A stretch of DNA of 30,381 nt from Limnochordales bacterium (GCA_036563935.1 DATCLL010000075.1:1-30381), one strand, 5' to 3'; positions 1-8,538 are shown, counted from the stretch's first letter. Numbers and translations: made by a program. Notes: generated by a model from the sequence alone, not told the origin.

Positions 1-669
1 CAACAGGGGGATCCGCACCCGCACGTCGCACCGCCGCCGCACCAGGGGCGACAGGCCCCTACCCTCAGCGCCCACCACCATCCCTACCCGCCCCGTCAGG
101 TCCACCTCCCACAGGAGCCGCTCCCCCTCGGGGTCGGCGCCCACCAGCCAGAAGCCCGCGCCCTTCAAGGTCTCCATGGCAGCGGCCACCGACGCCACCC
201 GCGCCACCGGCACGTGGGCCACGGCGCCTGCCGAGGCCCTCCAGACCGCCCCCGTCAGGCCCGCCGCCCGGCGGGAGGGTACCACCACCCCGCCCACACC
301 CGCTGCGTCCGCCGTGCGCACCAGCGAACCCAGGTTCTGAGGGTCCTGCAGGTGGTCCAGCACCAGCACCCGGGCCCGGCCGCCGGGCTGGATCAGACGC
401 TCCAGGAGCTCCTCGAGGGCAGTGTATGGCACGACGGCGGTAGCGGCCGCGATCCCCTGGTGAGCCACACCGCCACAGGCCCGATCGAGCCATCCCCGGG
501 GCACCCGCTGCACGGGGACCCCTGCCCGGCGCGCCTCGGACACCAGCGGCGCCAGGCCTTCGGCGCTCTCGGCCACGTAGAGCCGGTGAAGCGGCCGCCC
601 GGAGCGCAGCAGCTCCCGAACGGCCCGCCGCCCCGCCACCATCACCTCCCGGGGCTCACCCAGGCCCAT
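1..669 (-). CDS. rlmB: 23S rRNA Gm2251 2'-O-methyltransferase (TrmH/SPOUT family), 3' end runs off the window
   Basis: Not in the ORF track; translated by hand from ATG at 669: MGLGEPREVMVAGRRAVRELL...VLDHLQDPQNLGSLVRTADAAG...VVGAEGRGLSPLVRRRCDVRVRIPLL. SPOUT motifs present; follows cysS-mrnC as in the conserved locus. A GTG at 684 is an alternative start. Confidence 0.93.
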   Translation of the reverse strand, partial: MGLGEPREVMVAGRRAVRELLRSGRPLHRLYVAESAEGLAPLVSEARRAGVPVQRVPRGWLDRACGGVAHQGIAAATAVVPYTALEELLERLIQPGGRARVLVLDHLQDPQNLGSLVRTADAAGVGGVVVPSRRAAGLTGAVWRASAGAVAHVPVARVASVAAAMETLKGAGFWLVGADPEGERLLWEVDLTGRVGMVVGAEGRGLSPLVRRRCDVRVRIPLL

Positions 670-1123
670 GCCCGGCGCAGGCACCCTCCTCCAGCGCGGC
701 CACGGCCGACTCCAGCAGCTCTTCCAGCCGCCCCTGCCGTCCGCTCAGATACAGGAAGCCCACCAGCGCCTCGAACCCCGTGCTGTTCCGGTACTCCCCT
801 AGCCCCGTCCCCACCGGCCGCCGACGGAGGTGCCGGTTGCGGGCCCGCCGGGCCACGTCCTGCTCGTCAGGGGTCAATCGGGGCCACACCAACTCCAGCA
901 GCCGGGCCTGCCCGCTGGCTCGCGTCAGCGGCACCACCCGGGCATGCAGACGCCGCACCGGCGGCGCCGGTAGGGCCATGGCCCGCTGGCCCTCTCCCCG
1001 GGCTCCCCACAGCTCCCGTAGTGCCCGGGTGCGCGCGTACAGCTCGAAGACCGCGTCGCCGACGTAGGCCAGCACGGGAACGGGAAGGCGGGCCGGATCC
1101 TCCCCGGAGCCGGCCGTCCTCAT
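656..1123 (-). CDS. mrnC: Mini-ribonuclease III
   Basis: C-terminal 155 aa of ORF 656..1630: LAYVGDAVFELYAR...RARN...EYRNSTGFEALVGFLYL. ATG at 1123 overlaps the cysS stop (ATGA). Confidence 0.92.
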   Translation of the reverse strand: MRTAGSGEDPARLPVPVLAYVGDAVFELYARTRALRELWGARGEGQRAMALPAPPVRRLHARVVPLTRASGQARLLELVWPRLTPDEQDVARRARNRHLRRRPVGTGLGEYRNSTGFEALVGFLYLSGRQGRLEELLESAVAALEEGACAGHGPG

Positions 1124-2661
1124 CGGGTGGTCCCGACGGGTGCGGGGCTCCACCGCCACCGGGGCCCGGTGGCCGTGTCCTCCACGGCGATCCCCAGGGC
1201 CCCCAGGGAGTTGCGCAGCTCGTCGGCGTGCTGGTACTCCTTGCGCCGCCGCGCGGCCTCCCGCTCCTTGAGCACCAGCTCCACCAGCCCGTCCACCACC
1301 GCCGCCGGCTCCGGCCCGGCCGACACCTCCACCGCCGCGCGGGTCGGTGGCGAGACGACCCCCAGGATCTCCTGGCCGAAGAGGGCCACCAACCCCGCTG
1401 CCGCCGCCAGCAACGCCCCCGCCGGCGCGGGGGCCGACGAGCCCCACCGCTCCAAAAGGGGGTTGACCTCCCGGACGAGGTCGAAGAGGACGGCCAGGGC
1501 GCGGCTGGTGTTGAAGTCGTCGTCCATGGCCGCCTCCACCTGGGAAGGCGCCGAGCGCACGGCCTGCCAGGCCCGGCCCTCCAGCTCGTCGGAGGGCTGC
1601 CAGCCCAGGGGCAGGGCGTCCTCGAGCCATCGCAGCACGGGCACCCTCCGGGCGCCCCCCAGCCAGTGAAGGTAGGGCGACAGCCGGTGGTAGGCCTGGC
1701 GGAGCCGCTCCCAGCCGGGCCGAGCTTCGTCCACCGCGGTCGCGTGGAACTCGATGGGCGAGCGGTAGTGGGTGGACAGCAGGTAAAACTTGAGCAGCTC
1801 CGGCTCATAGCGGTCCAGCAGCGCGTTGGCCGCGGTGAAGTTGCCCAGCGACTTGGACATCTTCACGGCCTGTACGTTGACCAGACCCGTGTGGACCCAG
1901 TAGCGCACGAAGCCCTCCTGGCCGGCGTACGCCTCCGACTGGGCCAGCTCGTTTTCATGGTGGGGGAAGACCAAGTCGACGCCGCCGCCGTGGAAGTCGA
2001 AGCCGAAGCCCAGGTAGTGCAGCGACATGGCCGAGCACTCGATGTGCCACCCCGGCCGCCCCCGCCCCCAGGGGCTGGGCCAGGAGGGTTCGTCCGGCCG
2101 CGCGGCCTTCCACAGAGCGAAGTCGGCGGCGTGGCGCTTGCGCTCGTCCACCTCGATGCGGGCTCCCGCCTCCAGCTGCTCCCGGCGCTGTCGGGACAGT
2201 TTGCCGTACGGGGCGAAGGCGGTGACGTCGAAATAGACGTCGCCGTCCACCACGTAGGCCTTGCCCTTCTCCACCAGCCGGGCCACCATCTCCACGATCT
2301 GGGGGATGTGGCGGGTCACCCGAGGGTAAAGGTCCGCCAGCTGCACGCCCAGCCGCTCCAGGGCCTGCAGGTACTCCTCGCTGTAGGTGCGGGCGATCTC
2401 CTCCACGGAGCGGCCGCTGTCACGGGCTTTGGCGATGATGCGGTCGTCGATGTCCGTGAAGTTTTGGACCAGCTGCACCCGCAGGCCCCTGTACTCCAGG
2501 TAATTGCGGATGGCCTGCCACACGACGGCGGGCCGCAGGTGGCCCAGATGACAGTGGTCGTAGGGCGTCAGGCCGCAGACGTAGATGCTGACCCGCCCGG
2601 GGTCTCGGGACACGAAGACCTCCTTGCGCCGGTTGAGGGTGTTGTAAACCTCGATGGCCAC
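1120..2661 (-). CDS. cysS: Cysteine--tRNA ligase
   Basis: IYVCGLTPYD, HLGH (HIGH), GRPGWHIECSAM, DLVFPHHENE, KMSKSLGN. GTG start with GGAGG upstream. Confidence 0.98.
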   Translation of the reverse strand: MAIEVYNTLNRRKEVFVSRDPGRVSIYVCGLTPYDHCHLGHLRPAVVWQAIRNYLEYRGLRVQLVQNFTDIDDRIIAKARDSGRSVEEIARTYSEEYLQALERLGVQLADLYPRVTRHIPQIVEMVARLVEKGKAYVVDGDVYFDVTAFAPYGKLSRQRREQLEAGARIEVDERKRHAADFALWKAARPDEPSWPSPWGRGRPGWHIECSAMSLHYLGFGFDFHGGGVDLVFPHHENELAQSEAYAGQEGFVRYWVHTGLVNVQAVKMSKSLGNFTAANALLDRYEPELLKFYLLSTHYRSPIEFHATAVDEARPGWERLRQAYHRLSPYLHWLGGARRVPVLRWLEDALPLGWQPSDELEGRAWQAVRSAPSQVEAAMDDDFNTSRALAVLFDLVREVNPLLERWGSSAPAPAGALLAAAAGLVALFGQEILGVVSPPTRAAVEVSAGPEPAAVVDGLVELVLKEREAARRRKEYQHADELRNSLGALGIAVEDTATGPRWRWSPAPVGTTR

Positions 2662-2702
2662 CTCGGCGTCCCTCCGTCAGTGCAGGCGTCCCGTTGTACC
2701 CC

Positions 2703-2732
2703 AGCATATCCAGCCGACGCCAGCCCCGTCAA
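2703..2732 (-). promoter_or_regulatory. Candidate sigma70/sigmaA promoter for cysS
   Basis: Minus strand TTGACG (2732-2727), 18-nt spacer, TATGCT (2708-2703), about 40 nt upstream of the start. Confidence 0.6.
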
Positions 2733-2765
2733 TTTGCCCACGCCGCCCGGCCCCGACCCGACACC

Positions 2766-2818
2766 GTTCCCCCGCCTGGCAGGAAATCCGAGAGATTCCC
2801 ACAAAATGTTCCCCCGCC
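2766..2818. repeat. 11-bp direct repeat GTTCCCCCGCC x2, 42-bp period
   Basis: Exact copies at 2766-2776 and 2808-2818 in the divergent intergenic region. Confidence 0.75.
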
Positions 2819-2914
2819 GGGCTCCCCACCGAGCGGTGACCCGGCCCGGCCGACGGGGCAGGCGCCGCACCGCCCCACCCGGTCAGCGGACGTGGCCGCG
2901 GGACGGAGGCACCC

Positions 2915-3151
2915 GTGCGGGTTCTCTTGTTGCTGTGGGCTGTGTGGGCGCTGTGGGAGCTGGCCCACCGCTGGGACCGTCTGCACCCGCTGCGCGCCGG
3001 CCGCGGCGCGGCCTCGACGGACTCCCCGGACGACGGGACGTATCTGGACTGGGAGCTCCTCCGCCGGCGCCAGGGGGCGGGCCGGTTCCAGCAGGCCGCC
3101 GGGCCAGGTCTGCCGGTGGAGGTTCCCGGCGCCGTGGTCACCCGCCGCTGA
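2915..3151 (+). CDS. Small hypothetical protein (78 aa) with hydrophobic N-terminus
   Basis: GGAGG 6 nt before GTG; N-terminus MRVLLLLWAVWALWELAH; fills the gap between cysS and the TPR gene. Confidence 0.6.
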   Translation: MRVLLLLWAVWALWELAHRWDRLHPLRAGRGAASTDSPDDGTYLDWELLRRRQGAGRFQQAAGPGLPVEVPGAVVTRR

Positions 3152-4808
3152 CGGCGCCCGTGGCCTGCTGCAGCGCGTCGCGGGCGTCGGAGCTGTCAGG
3201 TCGTAGCTGCACCGCCCGGCGCAGGAAAGCTTCCGCCTCCTGCCGGCGCCCCTGGGCCAGCAGGAACTGGCCGAGTCGCAGGTGCGCATCGAAGCTATCG
3301 GGGTCGTCCTGCACGGCCTGGCGCAGGCGCTCGACCGCCAGGCCCTGCTGGCCCAGCAGCTCGTGGGCCAGCGCGGCGGCGTAGTGGATCTGGGAGCGGC
3401 GAGGGCCCGCCGGCTCCCGCCGGGCGGCCTGCTGCAGGGCGCTGAGGGCTTCCTGCGGCCGCCCTGCCATCAGCTGGGCCCGCCCCAGGGCGTACAGGAG
3501 CTCCGGCCGCTCGCCGCCCAGAGCGACGGCGGTGCGCAGCTGCTCCTCCGCTGGACCGGGACGTCCTTCTGCCAGGTAGATCTCGGCCAGCTGCAGCCGC
3601 AGCGAGCTGACGGCCGGCGCCAGCCGCACAGCCCGCTCCAACAGCTGCCGGGCCTCCTCCCACCGTCCCTGCTGCCGGCGCACCCCGGCCAGCGCCGGGT
3701 AGGCCCGCCAGAAGCCGGGTTCTTGCTCCAGGGCCCGCTCCAGGGCGTCGGCGGCAGCCTCCAACTCCCCGAGCCCGGCGTGGCTCAGCCCCAGCCCCCA
3801 CCAGGCTTCGGGATGACGGGGGCTCAGCGCCTGCGCCTGCCGGAAGGCGACCCCCGCTGCGGCGTAGGCGCCACGGGCCAGGCGGACGAAGCCCAGCTCC
3901 AGCCACAGCGCCGCACCGCCGCCCCCCAGCCGGATGGACTGCTCCAGCTCCCGCTCGGCCTGCTCCAGCTCCCCCATGGCCCGCAGCACGGCCCCCAGGT
4001 TGCCACGGTACAGAGGGTGGGCCGGCTCGGCGCGGCTGGCCTGGCGGAAGTAGCTGGCCGCCGAGGCCAGCCGGCCCTGGCGGTAGGCCAGCACCCCCAG
4101 ATTGTTGAGGGCTGGAGCCAGGTCGGACTGCACCTCCAGCGCCGCCTGGTAAGCCTGCGCGGCCGCCTGCTCGTCGCCCAGCTGCTGGTAGGCCAGGGCC
4201 AGGTGGTACCGGGAGATCGGGTCGGTGGCCAGGGACGGGTGCGCCTCGAGCACCCGACGGGCGTCGGCCGGCCGGCCCGCCCGCAGGTACAGGCGCCCCA
4301 GGTGGGCAGCCACCTCCACCCGGGCTGCCGCCCGGGTCTGGAGCACCTCCAGCACGGCCAAGCCTTCCAGGGGACGGCCTAGCAGCTCGTAGAGGCCGGC
4401 AGCCGCCACCCGCACCCCCGCCGCGTCCGGCCACAGCGTGACGGCCTGGCGCAGGTGGAACGGCACCTGGAGGTGGTCGCCCTGCCGGTAGGCGGCGTAG
4501 GCGGCCAGCAGGTGGGCGACGGCCCGCACCCGGCCCGCTGCCGTGCCATCGGGGGCCAGGTACGGCTGTAGGGCCGCCATGGCCCGGTCCCCGTGGCCGG
4601 CTGCCACCTGGCCCGGCACCTGCAGCAGATCCGGCGGGGCACCGACCGCCACCGCCAGCTGCTCCAGCAGCCCCGGCAGCGCCTGAGCCCCGTCGGCACG
4701 CTCCCCGGCCGGCACCGGCGCGGCCGCGCCGGTCGGCCAGGCCGTCGCCAGCACCAGCGCCCCGGCCGACAGGAGCACCCGGACCGCCCGCGCTCGGCTC
4801 CTGGCCAC
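3138..4808 (-). CDS. Secreted tetratricopeptide-repeat protein (about 556 aa)
   Basis: Within ORF 3138..5768. GTG at 4808 follows GGGAG. Signal-like MARSRARAVRVLLSAGALVLATAWPTGAAA, then many TPR units (ALNNLGVLAYRQG, AWWGLGLSHAGLG, AHLRLGQFLLAQG). The upstream part of the ORF is antisense to the riboswitch and ribD. Confidence 0.85.
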   Translation of the reverse strand: MARSRARAVRVLLSAGALVLATAWPTGAAAPVPAGERADGAQALPGLLEQLAVAVGAPPDLLQVPGQVAAGHGDRAMAALQPYLAPDGTAAGRVRAVAHLLAAYAAYRQGDHLQVPFHLRQAVTLWPDAAGVRVAAAGLYELLGRPLEGLAVLEVLQTRAAARVEVAAHLGRLYLRAGRPADARRVLEAHPSLATDPISRYHLALAYQQLGDEQAAAQAYQAALEVQSDLAPALNNLGVLAYRQGRLASAASYFRQASRAEPAHPLYRGNLGAVLRAMGELEQAERELEQSIRLGGGGAALWLELGFVRLARGAYAAAGVAFRQAQALSPRHPEAWWGLGLSHAGLGELEAAADALERALEQEPGFWRAYPALAGVRRQQGRWEEARQLLERAVRLAPAVSSLRLQLAEIYLAEGRPGPAEEQLRTAVALGGERPELLYALGRAQLMAGRPQEALSALQQAARREPAGPRRSQIHYAAALAHELLGQQGLAVERLRQAVQDDPDSFDAHLRLGQFLLAQGRRQEAEAFLRRAVQLRPDSSDARDALQQATGAVSGG

Positions 4809-4918
4809 GCCGCACCGCTCCCTGGAGTGGGGGTCTTGGTCTTGGCCCCTGTTCGCTGCGCTGGCCCCGCCTCCCTGCGCAGCCGGACGGGCAGCGTCGT
4901 TGCGGGGGCCACCGTCGG

Positions 4919-4947
4919 TTGCCAGGACTGCGGGCCCGATGTATGGT
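4919..4947 (+). promoter_or_regulatory. Candidate sigmaA promoter of the rib operon
   Basis: TTGCCA (4919-4924), 17-nt spacer, TATGGT (4942-4947), about 40 nt before the FMN aptamer. Confidence 0.7.
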
Positions 4948-4986
4948 AGTAGGGAGTCTGGACGCCGAGAATGCAACACGATGGTA

Positions 4987-5163
4987 GGGCCTTCGGGGCA
5001 GGGTGAGCCCACGGCCCCATGGGCCGGGGCGATTCCCGACCGGTGGTGATGGGGCGCCGGCGCCGCCGGCCTCCTCAGCCCACGACCCGTGGGCGGCACG
5101 CCGCCCGCGGTGGATCCGGTGCGAGTCCGGAGCCGACGGTAAAGTCCGGATGGGAGAAGGCCA
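4987..5163 (+). ncRNA. FMN riboswitch (RFN element)
   Basis: GGCCTTCGGGGCAGGGTG...ATTCCCGACCGGTGG...AGCCCACGACCCG...GGATCCGGTGCGAGTCCGGAGCCGACGGTAAAGTCCGGATGGGAGAAGGCC. P1 is GGCCTTC/GAAGGCC; lies directly upstream of ribD. Confidence 0.96.
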
Positions 5164-5268
5164 CACGACGGCGGTTGGCCGCCGACGGCGACGCGCCCGG
5201 CCATGCTGGCCGGTCGTGTCGGCCCCGCGGCCGCGCCGGCCTGCCCCGGCCCACCCCGTGGAGGACGG

Positions 5269-6582
5269 ATGGCCATGAGCCTTCCCGTAGGGTGTGCCGT
5301 GGAAGGGGCCGAGGCCGGGCCGGCGGGTCTATCCCTCCCGCCCCAGCTGGCCGACGACGGCTCCGCGCGTCCCTGGCTGCGAAGGGCCTTGGCCCTGGCC
5401 CGGCGGGGCGCCGGCCTGACCAGCCCCAACCCGGCGGTGGGCGCCGTGGTGGTGCGGGACGGGCGGGTCGTGGGGGAGGGCTTCCACCGGCGCGCAGGTG
5501 GTCCCCACGCCGAGGTGGTGGCCCTGGCCCAGGCGGGGGAGCTGGCCAGGGGAGCCACCCTGGTGGTGACCCTGGAGCCGTGCGACCACTGGGGGCGCAC
5601 GCCGCCGTGTACCGAGGCCATCCTGCGGGCCGGCGTCGCCCGGGTGGTGGCCTGCACCGTCGACCCCAACCCCCGGGTGCGGGGCAGGGGGTTCGCACGG
5701 CTCCAGGACGCCGGCGTGGAGGTCCTGTTGGCCCCGCCGTGGGCCGCCCAGCGGGCCCGGGCCCTCAACGAAGCCTACGAGAAATACATCACCACGGGCA
5801 TCCCCTACGTCACCTGCAAGGCCGCCATGAGCCTCGACGGCAAGATAGCCGCCACCTCGGGGCAGGCCCGCTGGATCACCGGGCCTCAGGCCCGTCGCCT
5901 GGCGCATCGGCTTCGGGCCCTGCACGACGCGGTCATGGTGGGCGTCGGCACCGTGCTGGCGGACGACCCCATGCTCAACGCCCGGCCCGGGCGGCGGGCG
6001 CCAGCCCGCCAGCCCTTGCGGGTGGTGGTGGACAGCCTGGCCCGCACGCCCCCCGACGCAGCCCTCTTCCACCCCGTGGGACCTACCGGGCCTGTGCTGG
6101 TGGCCGCCACCCAGCGGGCACCTGCCGGGCGGGTGGCGGCACTGCGGGATGCCGGCGCGGAGGTGCTGCTGCTACCCGCCGACGACCACGGCCGGGTGGA
6201 CCTCCGGGAGCTGCTGGCGGCCCTCGGCCGGCGGGCCATCACCTCCATCCTGGTGGAAGGTGGGGGCACGCTCCACGCCGCCTTGCTGGAGGCGGGCCTG
6301 GTCGACCGCGTGGCCGTCTTCATCGCCCCGAAGATCCTGGGGGGGCAGCATGCGCCCACCTTCGTGGAGGGGCAGGGTTGCGCCAGCGTGGAGCAGGCGT
6401 GGCCCGTGGTGAGCTGGCATTGCCGCCGGCTGCCCGGCGGCGAACTCTTCGTGGAAGGCCGGGTGCAGGCCCGCCCGACGCAGCCGCTGGGCGTGGGCCG
6501 ACAGCCGGCCTGGGCCGACGCCCAGAGCGCGGCCGGGCCCCGGTGGCCCGTCCTGTTGACGGCGGGGGTGGCCAGGCTCTAG
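5269..6582 (+). CDS. ribD: Bifunctional diaminohydroxyphosphoribosylaminopyrimidine deaminase/reductase
   Basis: SPNPAVG, HAEVVAL, TLEPCDHWGRTPPC, AMSLDGKIA, ILVEGGG. ATG at 5269 follows GGAGG. Confidence 0.96.
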   Translation: MAMSLPVGCAVEGAEAGPAGLSLPPQLADDGSARPWLRRALALARRGAGLTSPNPAVGAVVVRDGRVVGEGFHRRAGGPHAEVVALAQAGELARGATLVVTLEPCDHWGRTPPCTEAILRAGVARVVACTVDPNPRVRGRGFARLQDAGVEVLLAPPWAAQRARALNEAYEKYITTGIPYVTCKAAMSLDGKIAATSGQARWITGPQARRLAHRLRALHDAVMVGVGTVLADDPMLNARPGRRAPARQPLRVVVDSLARTPPDAALFHPVGPTGPVLVAATQRAPAGRVAALRDAGAEVLLLPADDHGRVDLRELLAALGRRAITSILVEGGGTLHAALLEAGLVDRVAVFIAPKILGGQHAPTFVEGQGCASVEQAWPVVSWHCRRLPGGELFVEGRVQARPTQPLGVGRQPAWADAQSAAGPRWPVLLTAGVARL

Positions 6583-7218
6583 ATGTTCACCGGCATCGTG
6601 GAGGCCCTGGGCCGGGTGCAGCGCCATGACCACCGGTCGGACGGCCGCCGGGTGCTGACGGTAGCCACCCCGTGGGGACCCGGCGAAGTGGGTCCGGGCG
6701 ACAGCGTGGCGGTGGACGGCGTTTGTCTGACGGTGACGGTCGTGGAACCGTCCGGCCAGCTGCTCTGCTTCGACCTCTCGCCGGAGACCCTGGCCCGCAC
6801 CACCCTTGGCCGGCGCCAGCCGGGCGACGTCGTCAACCTGGAGCGGGCCTTGCGGGTGGACGGGCGCCTGGGAGGCCACCTGGTGCTGGGCCACGTGGAC
6901 GGGGTGGCCCGCTGCCGGTGGGTGCGGCCCGCCGGCGCCGGGCTGGAGGCTGGCTTCCAGGCGCCGGGGGACCTGCTGGCGCTGCTGGCCGTCAAGGGGT
7001 GCGTCGCGCTGGACGGGGTGAGCCTCACCGTGGCCGGCCTGGAGCCCGATGGCTTCTGGGTCGCCCTGGTGCCCTTCACCCTCGAGCGGACCACGCTGGG
7101 CCAGCTGGCGCCGGGCCGGGAGGTTAACCTGGAGGTGGACGTCCTGGCCCGTTATGTGGCCCGCCAGCTGCAGCCGGCAGGGCCGGCGTTCTCGGAGACA
7201 GGGGGGCAAGCCTTTTGA
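6583..7218 (+). CDS. ribE: Riboflavin synthase (alpha subunit)
   Basis: MFTGIVE N-terminus, [35 protein letters not shown]. Confidence 0.97.
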   Translation: MFTGIVEALGRVQRHDHRSDGRRVLTVATPWGPGEVGPGDSVAVDGVCLTVTVVEPSGQLLCFDLSPETLARTTLGRRQPGDVVNLERALRVDGRLGGHLVLGHVDGVARCRWVRPAGAGLEAGFQAPGDLLALLAVKGCVALDGVSLTVAGLEPDGFWVALVPFTLERTTLGQLAPGREVNLEVDVLARYVARQLQPAGPAFSETGGQAF

Positions 7219-8531
7219 AGCCGACGGACACGCGGCCCGAACCCGCGCAAGGGACGCCCTTCGCCAGCATCGAGCAGGCCCTGGAGGAGCTGGCCGTGGG
7301 CCGCATGATCATCGTGGTGGACGACGAGGACCGGGAAAACGAGGGCGACCTGGTCATGGCCGCCCAGAAGGTGACGCCCGAGGCCATCAACTTCATGACC
7401 CGCTACGGGCGCGGCCTGGTCTGCGTCCCCCTCACGGGGGAGCGTCTCGACCAGCTGCAGATCCCGTTGATGCCGGGCGCCTCCGAGCAGAGCATGCGCA
7501 CCGCCTTCGCGGTCTCCGTGGACGTGGTGGAGGTCCGCACGGGCATCTCCGCCTTCGAGCGGGCAGCCACGGTGCGGGCTCTGGCGGATCCGACCAGGGG
7601 TCCGGGGGACTTCCTGCGGCCGGGCCACGTGTTCCCCCTGCGGGCCAAACCCCGGGGCGTGCTGGACCGGCCGGGCCACACCGAAGCGGCCGTGGATCTG
7701 GCCCGCCTGGCGGGTCTGTATCCGGCCGGCGTGGTTTGCGAGATCATGAACGACGACGGCTCCATGGCCAGGCTGCCCCAGCTGTTGACCTTCGCCCGCC
7801 GCTTCGGCCTGAAGGTCATCAGCGTCGCCGACCTGGTGCGTTACCGAGTGCGCACCGAGACCATGGTGCAACGGGTGGCCGAGGCTTCCCTGCCGACAGC
7901 TCACGGGCCGTTCCGCATCGTCGGCTACCAGAGCCTGCTGGACGGCGAGACCCACGTGGCCCTGGTGCGGGGCGATCCGGCCGGGCGGGCGGGCGTGCTG
8001 GTGCGGCTCCACTCCCAGTGCCTGACGGGCGACGTCTTCGGTTCGTTGCGGTGCGACTGCGGGGACCAACTGGCGGCCGCCCTGGAGGCCATCGCCCGGG
8101 AGGACGCGGGGGTGCTGGTCTACTTGCGCCAGGAGGGCCGGGGGATCGGCATCCTCAACAAGTTGAAGGCCTACCGGCTGCAGGACGAGGGTAAGGACAC
8201 CGTGGAGGCCAACGAGGCCCTGGGCTTTCCCGCCGACCTGCGGGAGTACGGCGTGGGAGCCCAGATCCTGAGGGACCTGGGCGTCAGCAGCGTCCGCCTG
8301 CTGACCAACAACCCCTCCAAGGTGCAAGACCTGGAGGCCTACGGCGTCCACGTGGTGGAGCGGCTGCCCCTCAACGTGGCGCCCCGCCCGGAAAACCTCC
8401 GCTACCTGCTGACCAAGCAGCAAAAGCTCGGCCACCTGCTGGGGCTACCGGTGGCGGGCTCCTCCGCCGCCGCAGCCCACGACGGCGCGCTGCTGGGCCT
8501 GTTGGCCCCGCCCGTGGGAGAGGGGCGCTGA
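7215..8531 (+). CDS. ribBA: Bifunctional DHBP synthase / GTP cyclohydrolase II
   Basis: [53 protein letters not shown] start overlaps the ribE stop. Confidence 0.97.
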   Translation: MKPTDTRPEPAQGTPFASIEQALEELAVGRMIIVVDDEDRENEGDLVMAAQKVTPEAINFMTRYGRGLVCVPLTGERLDQLQIPLMPGASEQSMRTAFAVSVDVVEVRTGISAFERAATVRALADPTRGPGDFLRPGHVFPLRAKPRGVLDRPGHTEAAVDLARLAGLYPAGVVCEIMNDDGSMARLPQLLTFARRFGLKVISVADLVRYRVRTETMVQRVAEASLPTAHGPFRIVGYQSLLDGETHVALVRGDPAGRAGVLVRLHSQCLTGDVFGSLRCDCGDQLAAALEAIAREDAGVLVYLRQEGRGIGILNKLKAYRLQDEGKDTVEANEALGFPADLREYGVGAQILRDLGVSSVRLLTNNPSKVQDLEAYGVHVVERLPLNVAPRPENLRYLLTKQQKLGHLLGLPVAGSSAAAAHDGALLGLLAPPVGEGR

Positions 8532-8538
8532 AGGCCCC

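Noticed and set aside
2733-2914. T-box riboswitch upstream of cysS (and of trpS at 20260-20400)
   Set aside because: No T-box consensus (AAGGTGGCACCGCG-like) or terminator, and the predicted promoters are too close to the starts.
214-3384. 1056-aa plus-strand ORF
   Set aside because: Antisense shadow of rlmB, mrnC and cysS; low-complexity Arg/Pro/Gly translation expected from stop-poor GC-rich DNA.
4940-4977. Minus-strand TTGCAT...TACTAC/TACCAT as the TPR gene promoter
   Set aside because: Spacers of 19 or 22 nt do not fit sigmaA geometry; the AT-rich bases are explained by the plus-strand rib promoter.
4809-5768. N-terminal 320 aa of ORF 3138..5768
   Set aside because: Antisense to the FMN riboswitch and ribD; a signal peptide and SD place the start at 4808.
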